Shown piece by piece: positions 11,011 through 24,300 of a stretch of 64,000 nt of DNA. Numbering within the stretch: the stretch's first letter is position 1; each line of letters starts with the position of its first letter. Source of the DNA: Malacoraja senta (Eukaryota); contig CM075992.1 of assembly GCA_038087875.1 (NCBI GenBank), positions 12,340,001 to 12,404,000 on the forward strand, written 5' to 3'. A program made the position numbers and the translations under genes. Below the pieces are notes generated by a model. That model was not told where the DNA came from and searched no databases. It worked only from the letters and a program-made list of their open reading frames with translations.

Positions 11011-13224
11011 GGCATAGCAAGGGGATAGGATGGAGTCGAGGTGAAAATAATTTCAGTGGGACAGGTGCAGGCTGAAACAATGGGTCTGCCAGAGCAGTCG
11101 TGTTCCCACTCCCTCATTTTTACTATAGACATTCAGTCATTCTACTCCTCCATCCCCCACCAGGAAGGCCTTAAAGCCCTCTGTTTCTTCCTCGAACACA
11201 GAACCATCCAATTTCCCTCTACTAACACTCTATTCCACCTAGCAGAGCTGGTCCTCACCCTTAACAACTTCTCCTTCGACTCCTCCCACTTCTATCAAGT
11301 CCAAGGAGTAACTAGGACCACCCCCATGGGCCCCAGTTATGCCTGCCTCTTTGTAGGGTACATTGAACAATCCCTATTCCAGGCTTACACGGGCCTTATC
11401 CCCGAACTCTGTCTCCGTTATATTGATGACTGAATCAGTGTTACCTCCTGCACCCATGCCGAACTCATGGACTTCATTAACTTCACCACCAATTTCCATC
11501 CTGCACTCAAATTCACTTGGACCATCTCCGACACCTCCCTCCGCTTTCTTGATCTCACCATCTCCATCACAGGAAGTAGACTATCAACTGATGTCTATTA
11601 CAAAGCCACTGACTCCCACAACTATCTCGACTACACTTCTTCCCAGCCTATTTCCTGCAAAGACTCTATCCCCTACTCCCAATTCCTCCATCTATGCATC
11701 TGTGCCCAAGATGAGGTACTCCATACTAGGATATCTGAGGTCCTCATTCTTTAGGGAACGGGGGTTCCCCATCCATCATAGATGAGACATCCACTCGTGT
11801 CTCCTTGGTACCCCGCATCTCCGCCCTTGCTCCCCATCCCCCTAGTCACAACAGAGACAGATTCCCCCTAGTCTTTACCTTTCACCCCATCAACCGTCGC
11901 AGACAACATATAATCCTTCTAAATTGTTGCCACCTCCAAGGGGATCCTACACCCGTCACATCTTCCCATCTCCACCCCTTTCCACCTTCTGCAGAGACCA
12001 TTCTCTCTGCAACTCCCTGGTTAACTCATCACTTCTCACCCAAACCACCCCCTCCCCATGTACCTTCCCCTGCAACCGCAGAAGATGCAACACCTGTCCC
12101 TATACCTCCTCCCTTGACTGAGTCCAGGGACCCCGACAGTCCTTTCAGGTTAGGCAGAGGTTTACTTGCATCTCCTCCAACCTCATCTACTGTATCCATT
12201 GTTCAAGATGTGGACTCTTATACATCTACGAGACCAAATGTAGACTGGGCGATCATTTGACTGAACCTACCTGAACTTCCGGTTGCTAAACATTTTAATT
12301 CCCCTTCCCATTCCCACACAGACCTTTCTGTCCGAGGTCTCCACCGTTGCCAGAGTGAGGCTAAATGCAACTTGGAGAAACAGCATCTCATATTTCGCTT
12401 GGGCAACCTAGTGGTAGGAATATTGATTTCTCTAGCTTCAAGTAACCCCGGCAATCCTATTCTCTCTACCCCTCCCGCACCAAAGTCGCACCAGCTTCTC
12501 ATTTTCACCCAACAAACAGCTAACAATGGCATGTTTCCTTTATCATTGTTACTTTTTTGCATATCTTTCGTTCATCCTTCTTTATCTCTCTACATCATAC
12601 TGTAGTCTATAACTCTTGTTTCCCTTATACCTAACTAGTCTGAAAAAGGGTCTCAACCCAAAACGTCACCCATTCCTTCTCTCCCGAGATGCTGCCTGTC
12701 CCGCAGTGTTACTCCAGCTTTTTGTGTCTATCTTTGGTTTAAACCAGCATACAGTATGCAGTTCCTTCAGATGCATTAAACTCCATAAGCATTTCCTCAG
12801 CTCACTTGCTCAGCTGATCAAGACGGTTATAATTATCGATAACCATCTTCACTCTCTATGATATCACCCTCTTTAGTGTCTTTTGTAAGCTGACTGATCA
12901 TGCATTCTGCATTCTCAACCGAATCTTTGATATCAACCACAAATAGCACCAATCGCTGTGGCACAGAACTAGTCACAGGCTTCGAGTCCAAAAAACACCC
13001 ATACCTTCATCAACCTCAATTCTGTATGCAGTTGGACTCTCCCTAAATTCCAGGCAACTTTCAAGATTTTCAAACTTTCAAATGTTCTTATTAAATCTTT
13101 TCCCCTTCACCTTAAACCCATGTCCTCTGGTCCTCGATTCACCTGCTCTTGGCAGGAGGTTCTGTGCATTTACGCGATCTATTCCTCTCATGATTTTATG
13201 CACCATTTTATACACCACGTTTAC

Positions 13225-14232
13225 AGCAGTAACAGGATCGGTCCGAGTCAGCATGGATTTACGAAGGGGAAATCATGCTTGACTAATCTTCTGGAAATTT
13301 TTGAGGATGTAACCAGGAAAATGGACAAGGGAGAGCCAGTGGATGTAGTGTACCTGGACTTTCAGAAAGCATTTGATAAGGTCCCACATAGGAGATTAGT
13401 GGGTAAAATTAGAGCACATGGTATTGGAGGTAGGGTACTGATTTGGCTAGAAAATTGGTTGGCAGACAGGAAACAAAGAGTAGGGATTAATGGGTCCCTT
13501 TCAAAATGGAAGGCAGTGACTAGTGCTGTACCGCAAGGCTCGGTGCTGGAACCACAGCTATTTACAATACACATTAATGATTTAAATGAAGGGATTCATA
13601 GTAACATTAGCAAATTTGCAGATGACACAAAGCTGGGTGGCAGTGTGAACTGTGAGGAGGATGCTATGAGGATGCAGGGTGACTTCGACACGTTGGATGA
13701 GCGGGCAGATGCATGGCAGCTGCAGTTTCATGTGGATAAATGTGATGTTATCCACTTTGGTGGCAAAATCAGGAAGGCAGATTATTATCTGAATGGTGTC
13801 AAGTTGGGAAAAGGGGAAGAACAATGAGATCTGGGGGTCCTTGTTCATCAGTCACTGAAAGTAAGCAGGCAGTGAAGAAAGCAAATCGCATGTTGGCCTT
13901 CATAACAAGACGAGTTGAATATAGGAGCAAAGAGGTCCTTCTGCAGTTGTACAGGGCCCTAGTGAGATCACACCTGTTGTATTGTATGCGTTTTTGGTCT
14001 CCAAATTTGAGAAAGGACATTCTTGCTATTGAGGGTGTGCAGCGTAGGTTCACGAGGTTAATTCCCGGGATGACGGGACTGTCATATGTTGACAGAATGG
14101 AGCGACTGGGCTTGTATACTCTGGAATTTAGAAGGATGAGAGGGGATCTTATTTAAACATATAAGATTATTAAGGGTTTGGACACGCTAGAGGCAGGAAA
14201 CATGTTCCCGATGTTGGGGGAGTCCAGAACCG
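13225..14232 (+). mobile_element. CR1/HER1 LINE ORF2 (RT) fragment
   Basis: [58 protein letters not shown]. Confidence 0.93.
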
Positions 14233-14379
14233 TTGAAGAAAGAGATGAAAAACGTTCCTCCCTCACATAATACACAACTAAAAATAGACTATTACGTACA
14301 TCTAACGCTAACGATAAGACAAAGAAGGAAGAAAGACAGACTGCAGGTGAGCCGCTGCCACAGACACAGCGCTGCCCCG

Positions 14380-15660
14380 AGTATTTTGACCAGGGAGTTG
14401 CGGAGGGTATGATTGCTGTGGAAAGCGGAAAAGGGAAGAGATGGTAAGATGTGGGTAGTGGTAGGGTCCCGTTGGAGGTGGTGAAAATGTCGGAGAATCT
14501 CGGACTATCTGGTATGGAACACCTCATCTTCGGTGCAGATACGCAAAGCAAGGTGTGAAGAAGTGTAGTCCAGATAACTGTGGAGTCAATAGGTTTAGAA
14601 TGCATGTCAATCAATAGTTTATCTCCTGTGATAGAGACGGTGAGATGAAGAAACGGTAGTGAGATGTCGGAGATGGTCCAAGTGCACTTGAGTGCAGGAT
14701 GGAAATTAGTACTAAAGCTAACGACATCAGTGAGTTCTGCATGGGTGCAGGAGGCAGCACCGATGAAGTCTTCAATGTAGCAGAGATAGTGTTCAGGGAT
14801 AGGGCCAGTGTAAGCCTGAAACAGGGATTGTTCAACATACTCTACAAAGCGGCAGGCATAGCTGGGGCCCAAGCAGGTGCTCCGAGCTACGCCTTTGATT
14901 TGGAGGAAGTGAAAGTAATTGAAGGAGAAGTTAAGATTAAGGACCATCTCTGCTAAGCGGAGGAGAATGTTGGCTGGTTCTGCGGTCGAGGAAGAAACGG
15001 GCTTTAAGACCATCCTGGTGGGGGATGGAGGTGTAGAGTGACTGACATGCATATTAAAGATGAGGGAGAGGGGGCCTGGAAAACGGGTCATTGAAGTGAC
15101 GAAGGGCAAGTGAGGTGGCTTGGACATAGGTTGGGAGGGGGATAGGATGCAGTCGAGGTATGTGGAAATACCATGGGACAGGAGCAAGCAGAAACAATGG
15201 GTCGGCCATGGCTGGTCTGTTTATGGATTTTGGGGAGAAGGTAAAACTGGGCCGTGCGGGGCTGGGGAAGGCTTTGGAGGCTTTGGAGAGCAGACCGCTG
15301 GAAGTGATCAAATCAGAAATGGTCTGTGAGATTATGGCCTGGTGCTCATCTGTGGGATCATAGTCCAAGGAAGAGTAGGAGGAGGTGTCTGAGAGTTTGC
15401 ACCTGGCCTCAGCGCCAGACTACCACGGCACCTCCCTTGTCGCGGGGTTTGATGATAATGTTGGGGTTGCTGCAGAGTGAGTGGAGGGCTATACATTCAG
15501 AGGGGCAGTGGTTAGAGAAGGTAACGGGAGTGGAAAAGTTGAAATAAAAAGGTCAAAGGAGAGTAGAAGGCTGTTGGAGAGTCTAAGAGGAGGGGGACCG
15601 TTGGAGATGGGAGAAGGGGTCATCACTGGGTGGTAAGGTCTTACCATAGAAAAAGGCACA
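14380..15660 (-). mobile_element. Penelope-like RT fragment
   Basis: FLQIKGVARSTCLGPSYAC..CYIEDFIG..LPFLHLTVSI. Confidence 0.8.
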
Positions 15661-16361
15661 GAGTTGGAGACGATGGAAGAAAAGCTCTACATCATGGCAG
15701 ACCCGGAACTCATTGAAGTAGGGGCGGAGCAGAACAAAAGTGAGGCCTCCGTTGAAGACAGAACGTTCCATATCCAATGGGAAGACCAATGTACTAAACG
15801 CCTACTAACCATCCAATCTACCTGTGACACCACTTTCGAGGAACTATGCACCTGCACTCTTAGATCCCTCTGCTTTACAACTCCCCAGAGCCCTGCCATT
15901 CACTGTGAAAGTCTTGCCGTGGTTATGACTTCCCAACACCTCTTACTCGTCTACATTAAGCTCTGTGAACCATTGCTCAGCCCACTTGCCCAGCCGATCA
16001 AGTTCTTGCGGTAATGTTCGATTAACAACTTTACTATCAACGATACCACCTATTTTAGTGTCATCTACAAACTTACTACTCATGCTTTGTGTGGTCTTAA
16101 CCAAAACATTACTATAAACCATGAACAGCAATGGGCCCCAACACAAATCCCTGAGGCACACAACTAATCACCGGCCTCCAGTTGGAAAAACAACCCACCA
16201 CCGCCCTCTGGTTCCTTCCACGAAGACAATTCTCCATCCAGCTGATAGACACAGTACGCTGGAGTAACTCTGCAGGTCAGGCAGCATCTCTGGAGAAAAT
16301 AGGTGGTGTTTCGAGTCAAGACACATCTTCAGACGTCTTCAGACCCTGTACAAATGTAAAC

Positions 16362-16948
16362 ATAGAAACATAGAAAATAGGTGCAGGAGTAGGCCATTCG
16401 GCCCTTCGAGCCTGCACCGCCATTTGATATGATCATGGCTGATCATCCAACTCAGTATCCCATCCCTGCCTTCTCTCCATACCCCCTGATCCCTTTAGCC
16501 ACAAGGGCCACATCTAACTCCCTCTTAAATATAGCCAATGAACTGGCCTCAACTACCCTCTGTGGCAGAGAATTCCACAGATTCACCACTCTCTGTGTAA
16601 AAAATGATTTCCTCATCTCTTTCCTAAAAGTCTTCCCTCTTATCCTTAAACTGTGACCCCTAGTTCTGGACTTCCCAAACATCGGGAATAATCTTCCTGC
16701 ATCTAGCCTGTCCAACCCCTTAAGAATTTTGTAAGTTTCTATAAGATCCCCCCTCAGTCTTCTGAATTCCAACGTGTACAAGCCGAGTCTATCCAGTCTT
16801 TTCTCATATGAAAGTCCTGCCATCCCAGGAATCAGTCTGGTGAACCTTCTCTGTACTCCCTCTATGGCAAGAATGTCTTTCCTCAGATTAGGAGACCAAA
16901 ACTGTACGCAATACTCCAAGTGTGGTCTCACCAAGACCTTGTACAAAT
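16362..16948 (-). mobile_element. Young CR1/HER1 3' fragment
   Basis: LVRPHLEYCVQFWSPNLRKD...GYGEKAG open frame; HER1 3' UTR with (TTTCTATG) tail. Confidence 0.9.
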
Positions 16949-17009
16949 GTACAACTAAAGAAAAAGTTATATTCCTGAACTGCAACTCCATTGCAATCCA
17001 TTGTGAATT

Positions 17010-18450
17010 CTATAGAAACATATAAAATTCTTAAACGATTGGACAGGCTAGATGCAGGAAAATTGTTCCCGATGTTGGGGGAGTCCAGAACCAGGGATCG
17101 CAGTTTAAGAATAAGGAGTAGGTCATTTAGGACTGAAATGAGGAAAAACATTTTCACCCAGAGAGTTGTGTATCTGTGGAATTCTCTGCCACAGAAGACA
17201 GTGGAGGCCAATTCACTGGATGTTTTCAAGAGGGAGTTAGATTTAACTCTTAGGGCTAATGGAATCAATGGATATGGGGAAAAAGCAGGAACATGATACT
17301 GATTTTAGATGATCAGCCATGATCATATTGAATGGCGGTGCTGGCTCTAAGGGCTGAATGGCCTACTCCTGTACCTATGTTTCTAATACATGCCAATATG
17401 TCATTTGCTTTCCTCACTAGATGCTGCCTCTTCATTCTGTCTGAGCAGAGTTGATGAATGCCCTTGTGGAAACCAGTGTTGTTTAACAACCTGTGTCTGT
17501 GCTGTAATATCACAAATAATCTTTCCAGTTATATCACAGCAGCAGGATCAGGGAACTCTGGCCGAGGAGGGATTTGAAACACTGGTCAGGAAATAGATGG
17601 AGGCGCATGTCATGTATAGGTAGCTGGGATCAAACAAATCCCCTGTAGCATGTGGGATACAGGAGAACAGTTTGTGTGGAAGTCGGAAAGGCAAAACTGG
17701 AACATCTGGAAAGCTATTGACATTACAGAAGAGGTGTTGATGCTCTTGAGGCTCCAGGGGTTAACCAGGTCCACCCTTGCATGTTTTAGGGAGCTGAATA
17801 AGAAATTGCTTAGTCCCTGGCTTAGAATGTTGTTTCTTGGCTAGCTGTGAGATATTAGATGACTGAAATGTGGCTGATGTGCCTTTGTTTAAGAACTCTA
17901 GAAGACTAAGCCGGGGAACTGCAGGCCGGGTGAGTCTAACATCAGTTATGGGTCAGTTAATAGAGGATATTCTGAGCGACAAGGTATATCTGCATTTGGA
18001 AAAGCAAGGACTGATTATGAATAGTCAACATGGTCATAAGGTCATAAGTGATAAGAGCAGAATTATGCCATTCGGCCCATCAAGTCTACTCCCCCATTCA
18101 ATCATGCGTGATCTATCTCTCCATCCTAATCCCATTCTCCTGCCAAGAATCTATCTATCTCTGCCTAAAAAATATCCACTGACGGCCTCCACAGCCTTCT
18201 ATGGCTACGAATTCCACAGATTCACCACCCTCTGACTAAAGAAATTCTTACTCATCTCCTTCCTAAAAGAACGTCTTTTAATTCTGAGGCTACGACCTCT
18301 AGTCCTAGACTCTCCCACCAGTGGAAACATCCTCTCCACATCCACTCTATCCAACCCTTTCACTATTCTGTACATTTCAATGAGGTCCCCCCTCATTCTT
18401 CTAAACTCCAGCGAGTAGAGGCCCAGTGGCGCTAAACGCTCATCATATAT
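17010..18450. mobile_element. Cluster of CR1 fragments (plus 17010-17388, plus ~17640-18030, minus ~18045-18450)
   Basis: Translations ETYKIL..FTQRVV, VSLTSVMGQL..SQHG and RRMRGDLIE..FFSQRVVNLWN. Confidence 0.8.
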
Positions 18451-18451
18451 T

Positions 18452-19130
18452 ACATGGCCGTCCGAAGGGGGGGGGGGGGTGCTTTGGGTGCGGTCGCACC
18501 CCCCTTTTTTTCCACAATAAAAACAAATTCCGAGAAAGAAAAAAAAATTGGAAACAATCAGTGTTTCCACTTTGAAGGAATTTACCGGAATGATTTGGAA
18601 AAAAAATATTTGCGACCTGCGCAGTTGGGGGAAGCTGGTGACGCTGCAGCGACGTAAAATGACTCCATCTCCCCGCGCGCGCGCAGTGGGCAGGATTAGA
18701 CGCCGCCATTTTCAATGCATCGTCTTAACGCCCCGGGCCTAGTTTGGGTGAATGGGATGACCCGCGGGATGATTTGGGGGAAAAACAGGAGTGCCCGCTT
18801 CTCCGTGCCGGGGGGGGGGGGGGGCTGTGGTATCTCCCAGCATGGAGCCTCGCCGTCGGTCAACCTGGCGGCCATAGACGAGTCCGCTGCGGGCGGCCGG
18901 TCCGGCGAGACCGTTCTCCCGTTGCCGGGCGGGAAGCAGGAAGGACTGAATCTGAACAGTGCTGGCAGCGGCCATGACCCGACACCAGGTGCCGCTTCGG
19001 CAGGGGTCCATGCCCCCCCACCCCCCGCGCCGGTCCCTCGACCCCCCACCCTCGCCTCCCCCCCGCCCACGCCGGTCCCTCGCTTTGGTCGGCGGCGGCA
19101 GCGGCGGAGGCTGTATTGCGGGGTGGGGGG
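18452..19130. mobile_element. GC/CpG-rich insertion, possibly a non-autonomous DNA transposon
   Basis: Abrupt CpG-rich block truncating a CR1, starting CATGGCCGTCCGAAGGGGG; no matching right TIR found. Confidence 0.3.
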
Positions 19131-19264
19131 AGGGATATGGGACAAATGCAGGCAGGTGGGACTAGTGTAGCTGGGACATGTTAGCCTTGTGAGCAGGTTG
19201 GGCCAAAGGGCCTGTTTATACGCTGTATCATTCTATGACTATACATTAAATCCACCCCCACTAT

Positions 19265-20460
19265 TTAGTTTAAAGCCTTAACTACAGCCCTAGTTATCCA
19301 TGCTGCCGTGATCCTGGTCCCAGCAGTGTTTAGGTGGAGTCCATCCCATCGGAACAGCTCCCTCCTTCCCCAATACTGATGCCAATGTCCCACAAATTCA
19401 ACCCCACTTCTCCCACACCAATATTTGTGCGATGCGCTTAACTTTGTAATTTCATCCACCCTATGCCAATCTGCTCGTGGCTCAGGTAGCAATCCAGAGA
19501 TTATTACCTTTTTGGCAGTGCTTTTTAATTTACTTCCTATTTGCTCAAATTGCCTCTGCAGAACCTCTTTCTGTGATTTACCTATGTTGTTGGTACCAAC
19601 ATGGACTGTGACAACTAGATTTTCCCCTCTAATGTCCTCTGTAGGTCAGACGGGCACCCAACACAGTCTTTGGGACTCTTGTTCCTTGCAACGGAGAATT
19701 GTGTCAATTCCCCTGACTATACTGTCCCAAATTACAACTACATGCCTCTTCTGCCCCCCCTCTTGAATGGCTCCCTTTGCCTGCTCCAGCAAGGTACTGA
19801 CTTCCCCACCAGATAAGGGACCGACTGGACTCACTGCCTCAAAAAGACAGCCAGCATCATCAGAGACCCATATCACCCTGGCCACACACCCATTTCAATC
19901 CTGCCATCGGGAAGAATGTATAGGAGCCTGAAAATTGTAGCGTCCAGATTCAGAAGCAGATTCTTTACAACCATCAGGGTATTAAACATTTCAACTGCCA
20001 AACAAGCTCAGAACTACATTGACTTGGAGGCATTGATTTTGTATTTGCACTGTTATTAAACAGACAATTATATATATTTATATATATATCCACATATGTA
20101 GTTCCATAAATATCCATGTATACACATATACATTAATATCTGTTGTGCTGCTGCAAGTAAGAATTTCATTGTTCTGGACAGTGTCAATAAAACATTCGAT
20201 GACCAGCTGCAGATGTGGTCATGAGTAACCACACTGGGGTCCACCAGCTCCCACATCACGCAGCTACAGCACACCCACGTGATCCTGCATCCTTACTTTA
20301 TTCCCAATGGCTCCTCTTTAAACTGCCCACTGCTGCTGCTGTTGTTGTTGCTCCACTGGGCTTGAACCTGACTCACCCGCTAGTTCAACACTCCTTTCCT
20401 CAGCTCTTCTCGCCGAAGCCTCTCGAGCCTCAGCCTCAGTTCTGCACTTGGCCTCAACAC
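19265..20460 (-). mobile_element. CR1 ORF1 remnants (zinc finger plus SGNH esterase) interrupted by a plus-strand Rex1 3' piece (~19790-20195)
   Basis: CCSCVMWEL..DHIC, VVVIWDSIVRG and LFRWDGLHLNTAG; Rex1-like RDPYHPGH..LPSGRMYRSL. Confidence 0.7.
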
Positions 20461-20649
20461 GGCACTTAGCCTCGGTTAGGAAGGGTTTAGAGGGCTTGGG
20501 GCCAAATGCAGGGAAAAAAGACTAGCCTAGTATGCCAACTTGTATAACATAGACCATGTGGACAGAAGGGCCAGTTTTGGTGCTGGGTGACCCTAGTTAG
20601 TTGGCAGGGATATATACAGGACCTACATTCCCACTCATACATTTGCCCT

Positions 20650-20969
20650 TCACCATTACAGTTCCTGCTCAATGTTGCCCGTCACTGTGGTTGTTAGAGG
20701 AAGCTCACCGACTGGGAACAATGAGCTCTTCATTCCAGAAACCCAGAATAGGTGTGGGCTTGCATGTTTTGCATGTTTATCCAAAACATACATCAACTAC
20801 ACTGCCATCCTGCTCTGCAGTTTATTCACTTGAAAAGCAGAAGTGGAAAGTAGTCGGTGAGCTGTCACTGAACACAACACCACTCGGGGAAGATTGTCGC
20901 CAAGACTGAGGAGGTTGTAGGTGGTCACATCTCCCTCCATCTCAGACAGCAACATCACTACAGATCCAG
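20650..20969 (+). promoter_or_regulatory. Possible promoter and non-coding first exon
   Basis: Non-repeat island with RUNX TGTGGTT (20686-20692), GGAA motifs, AAAAGCAGAAGTG (20833-20845), an ATG-free stretch, then CAG|GTAAGA donor at 20969/20970. Confidence 0.4.
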
Positions 20970-21491
20970 GTAAGAAGACAGCTCCATCGCTTGATCAAAC
21001 TCAGAATTTTACCTTTGGTTGTTAACTGATTGTGTGCGTCTGTGAGTGAGTGTGTAAGTGAGTGTATGTGCCTCTGTGTGTTAACTCACTGTAGTGCCCT
21101 AAGATAAAGAGGGGTGCATCACACCTCTGTGTGGAGGGGGGAGAGGGTCCCAGTGAGGCAGAGAGGAAGATTTCACCTTCCACCGTGAGGGAAAGAGGCA
21201 ATAGTCAAGAGAGTTTTATTGTTATGTGTCCCAGATAGGACAATGAGATTCTTACTTGCTGCAGCACAACAGAATATGTAAACATAATACAAGACGGAAG
21301 ATAAAGGTTCAGTGTGTCTATAGACCATAGACCATATATACACAATAAATAAACAGATATAGTGCAATAATGATAATAGACTGTTATTGTTCAGAGCTTA
21401 TTTGATGTTGTGTTTAATCGCCTGATGGCTGTGGGGAAGAAGCTGTTCCATGTAATGACATGGATAGAGGGAGAGAGAGAGATCACATCTT

Positions 21492-21605
<114 letters not shown>

Positions 21606-21628
21606 GGGGGGGTGTCCAGTGATGGAGA

Positions 21629-21910
21629 GTTTAGTTTAGTTTAGAGATACAGCATCGAAACTTGCCCTTCAGTCCACAGTCTGCACTGACCAGCAATCCC
21701 CGCACATTAACACTATCCTACACACACCAGGGACAATTTTACATTTATACCAAACCAATTAACCTACAAACATGTGTGTCTTTGGAGTGTAGGAGAAAAC
21801 CAAACGCAGGTCACGGGGAGAACGTACAACCTCCGTACAGACAGCACCCGGTCAGGATTGAACCCGGGTCTCTGGGGCGGTAATGCAGCAACTCTACTGC
21901 TGCGCCACCA
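21629..21910 (-). mobile_element. HE1-type V-SINE
   Basis: Reverse complement of the family at 6016-6330, including the (CTAAA)n tail. Confidence 0.85.
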
Positions 21911-22555
21911 TGGAAGAGATTACACCTCTGTGTGAGGAGGAGGGGTCTCAGTGAGGGAGTGAGAGGGAGAATGATATCTCACCTCTGTGAGAGGTCCCAG
22001 TGAGGGAGAGGGGGGGAGATCACACCTGTGTATGTGGGGTGGGGGTCCCAGTGAGGGAGAGGGGGGGGAGATCACACCTGTGTATGTGGGGTGGGGGGGT
22101 GGGGGGAGAGTGAGGGAGAGGGGGAGAGGGGGGGGAGGGGGAGATCATTTTCCAATGATCTATAGATTCAGGATCAGTTCCTGTGGATTGGAGGGTAGCT
22201 AATGTTACAACACTTTTTAAGAAAGGAGGGAGAGAGAAAACAAGGGATTATAGACCAGTTAGTCTCACGTTGGTGGTGGGGAAGATGCTGGAGTCAATTA
22301 TAAAAGATGAAATAGCGGCACATTTGGATAGCAGTAGCAGATTGATTTACGAAGGGGAAATCATGCTTGAATAATTCTCTGGAATTTTTTGAGGATGTAA
22401 CTAGGAAAATGGACAAGGGAGAGGCAATAGTGTACCTAGACCTTCAGAAAGCATTTGATAGGGTCCCACATAGGAGATACGCAGGCAAAATTATAGCACA
22501 TGGTATTGGGGGGAAGATAATGACATGGATAGAAAATTGGTTGGCATACAGGAAA

Positions 22556-23817
22556 AATAGAAGCACGGAATATAGGTGCAGGAGTAGGCCATTCGGCCCT
22601 TCGAGCCTGCACCGCCATTCAATATGATCATGGCTGATCATCCAAATCAGTATCCTGTACCTGCCTTCTCTCCATACCCCCTGATCCCTTTAGCCACAAG
22701 GGCCACATCTAACTCCCTCTTAAATATAGCCAATGAACTGGCCTCAACTACCTTCTGTGGCAGAGAATTCCACAGATTCACCACTCTCTGTGTGAAAAAT
22801 GTTTTTCTCATCTCGGTCCTAAAAGACTTCCCCCTTATCCCTAAACTGTGACCCCTTGTTCTGGACTTCCCCAACATCGGGAACAATCTTCCTGCATCTA
22901 GCCTGTCCAACCCCTTAAGAATGTTGTAAGTTTCTATAAGATCCCCCCTCAATCGTCTAAATTCTAGCAAGTACAAGCTGAGTCTATCCAGTCTTTCTTC
23001 ATATGAAAGTCCTGCCATACCAGGAATCAGTCTGGTGAACCTTCTCTGTACTCCCTCTATGGGAAGCATGTCTTTCCTCAGATTAGGAGACCAAAACTGT
23101 ATGCAATACTCCAGGTGTGGTCTCACCAAGGCCCTGTACAACTGCAGTAGAACCTCCCTGCTCTTATACTCAAATCCTTTTGCTATGAATGTTAACATAC
23201 CATTTGCTTTCTTCACTGCATGCCTACTTTCAATGACTGGTGTACCATGACACCCAGGTCTCGTTACATCTCCCCTTTTCCTAATAGGTCACCATTCAGA
23301 TAATAGTCTACTTTCGTGTTCTTGCCACCAAAGTGGATAACCTCACATTTATCCACATTATACTGCATCTGCCATGCATTTGCCCACTCACCCAACCTAT
23401 CCAAGTCAAGTTCCAGCCTCCTAGTATCCTCCTCACAGCTAACACTGCCCCCAGCTTCGTGTCATCCGCAAACTTGGAGATGTTGCATTCAATTCCCTCG
23501 TCCAAATCATTAATATATATTGTAAATAGCTGGGGTCCCAGCACTGAGCCTTGCGGTACCCCACTAGTTACTGCCTGCCATTCTGAAAAGGACCCGTTTG
23601 TTCCTACTCTTTGCTTCCTGTCTGCCAGCCAGTTCTCTATCCACATCAATACTGAACCCCAATACCGTGTGCTTTAAGTTTGCATACTAATCTCTTATGT
23701 GGGACCTTGTCGAAAGCCTTCTGAAAGTCCAGATATAACACATCCACTGGTTCCCCCTTATCCACTCTACTAATTAAATCCTCGAAAAATTCTATAAGAT
23801 TCGTCAGACATGATTTA
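22556..23817 (-). mobile_element. Young CR1/HER1 3' portion nested in the plus-strand CR1
   Basis: RT ORF pieces 22647-23216 and 23308-23649 ([17 protein letters not shown]). Confidence 0.9.
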
Positions 23818-24300
23818 CAAAGAGTAAGGATTAACAGGTCCCTTTCAGAATGGCAGGCAGTGACTAGTGGGGTACCGCAAGGCTCGGTGATGGGACCGCA
23901 GCTATTTACAATATACATTAATGATTGATATGAAGGGATTAAGAGTAACATTAGCAAATTTGCTGATGACACAAAGCTGGGTGGCAGTGTGAACTGTGAG
24001 GAGGATGCTATGTGGATGTTTTGGTCTCCAAATTTGAGGAAGGACATTCTAGCTATTGAGGGACTGCAGCGTATGTTCACGAGGTTAATTCCCGGGATGG
24101 CGGGACTGTCATATTTTGAAGGAATGGAGTGACTGGGCTTGTATACACTTTAATTTAGAAGGATGAGAGGGTACCTTATTGAAACATATAAAATTATTAA
24201 GGGATTGGACACGCTAGAGGCAGGAAACATATTCCCGATGTTAGGGGATGCCAGAACCAGGGGCCACAGTTTAAGAATAAGGGGTAGGCCATTTAAAACG

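Larger units (their letters stand above)
9773..12771 (+). mobile_element. Penelope-like insertion with inverted 5' segment (minus ~9773-11100, plus ~11100-12771) and 14-bp TSD
   Basis: TGCATTAAACTCCA at 9759-9772 and 12772-12785. RT motifs TIDIQSFYSSIPH and LRYIDD, CNRRRCNTC, GIY-YIG remnants; pLTR ends at both termini in opposite orientation. Confidence 0.85.

Noticed and set aside
12640..12670. Hammerhead-like motifs here and at ~5640-5662 and ~16305-16332
   Set aside because: Core boxes or the cleavage triplet are mutated; treated as inactive remnants.
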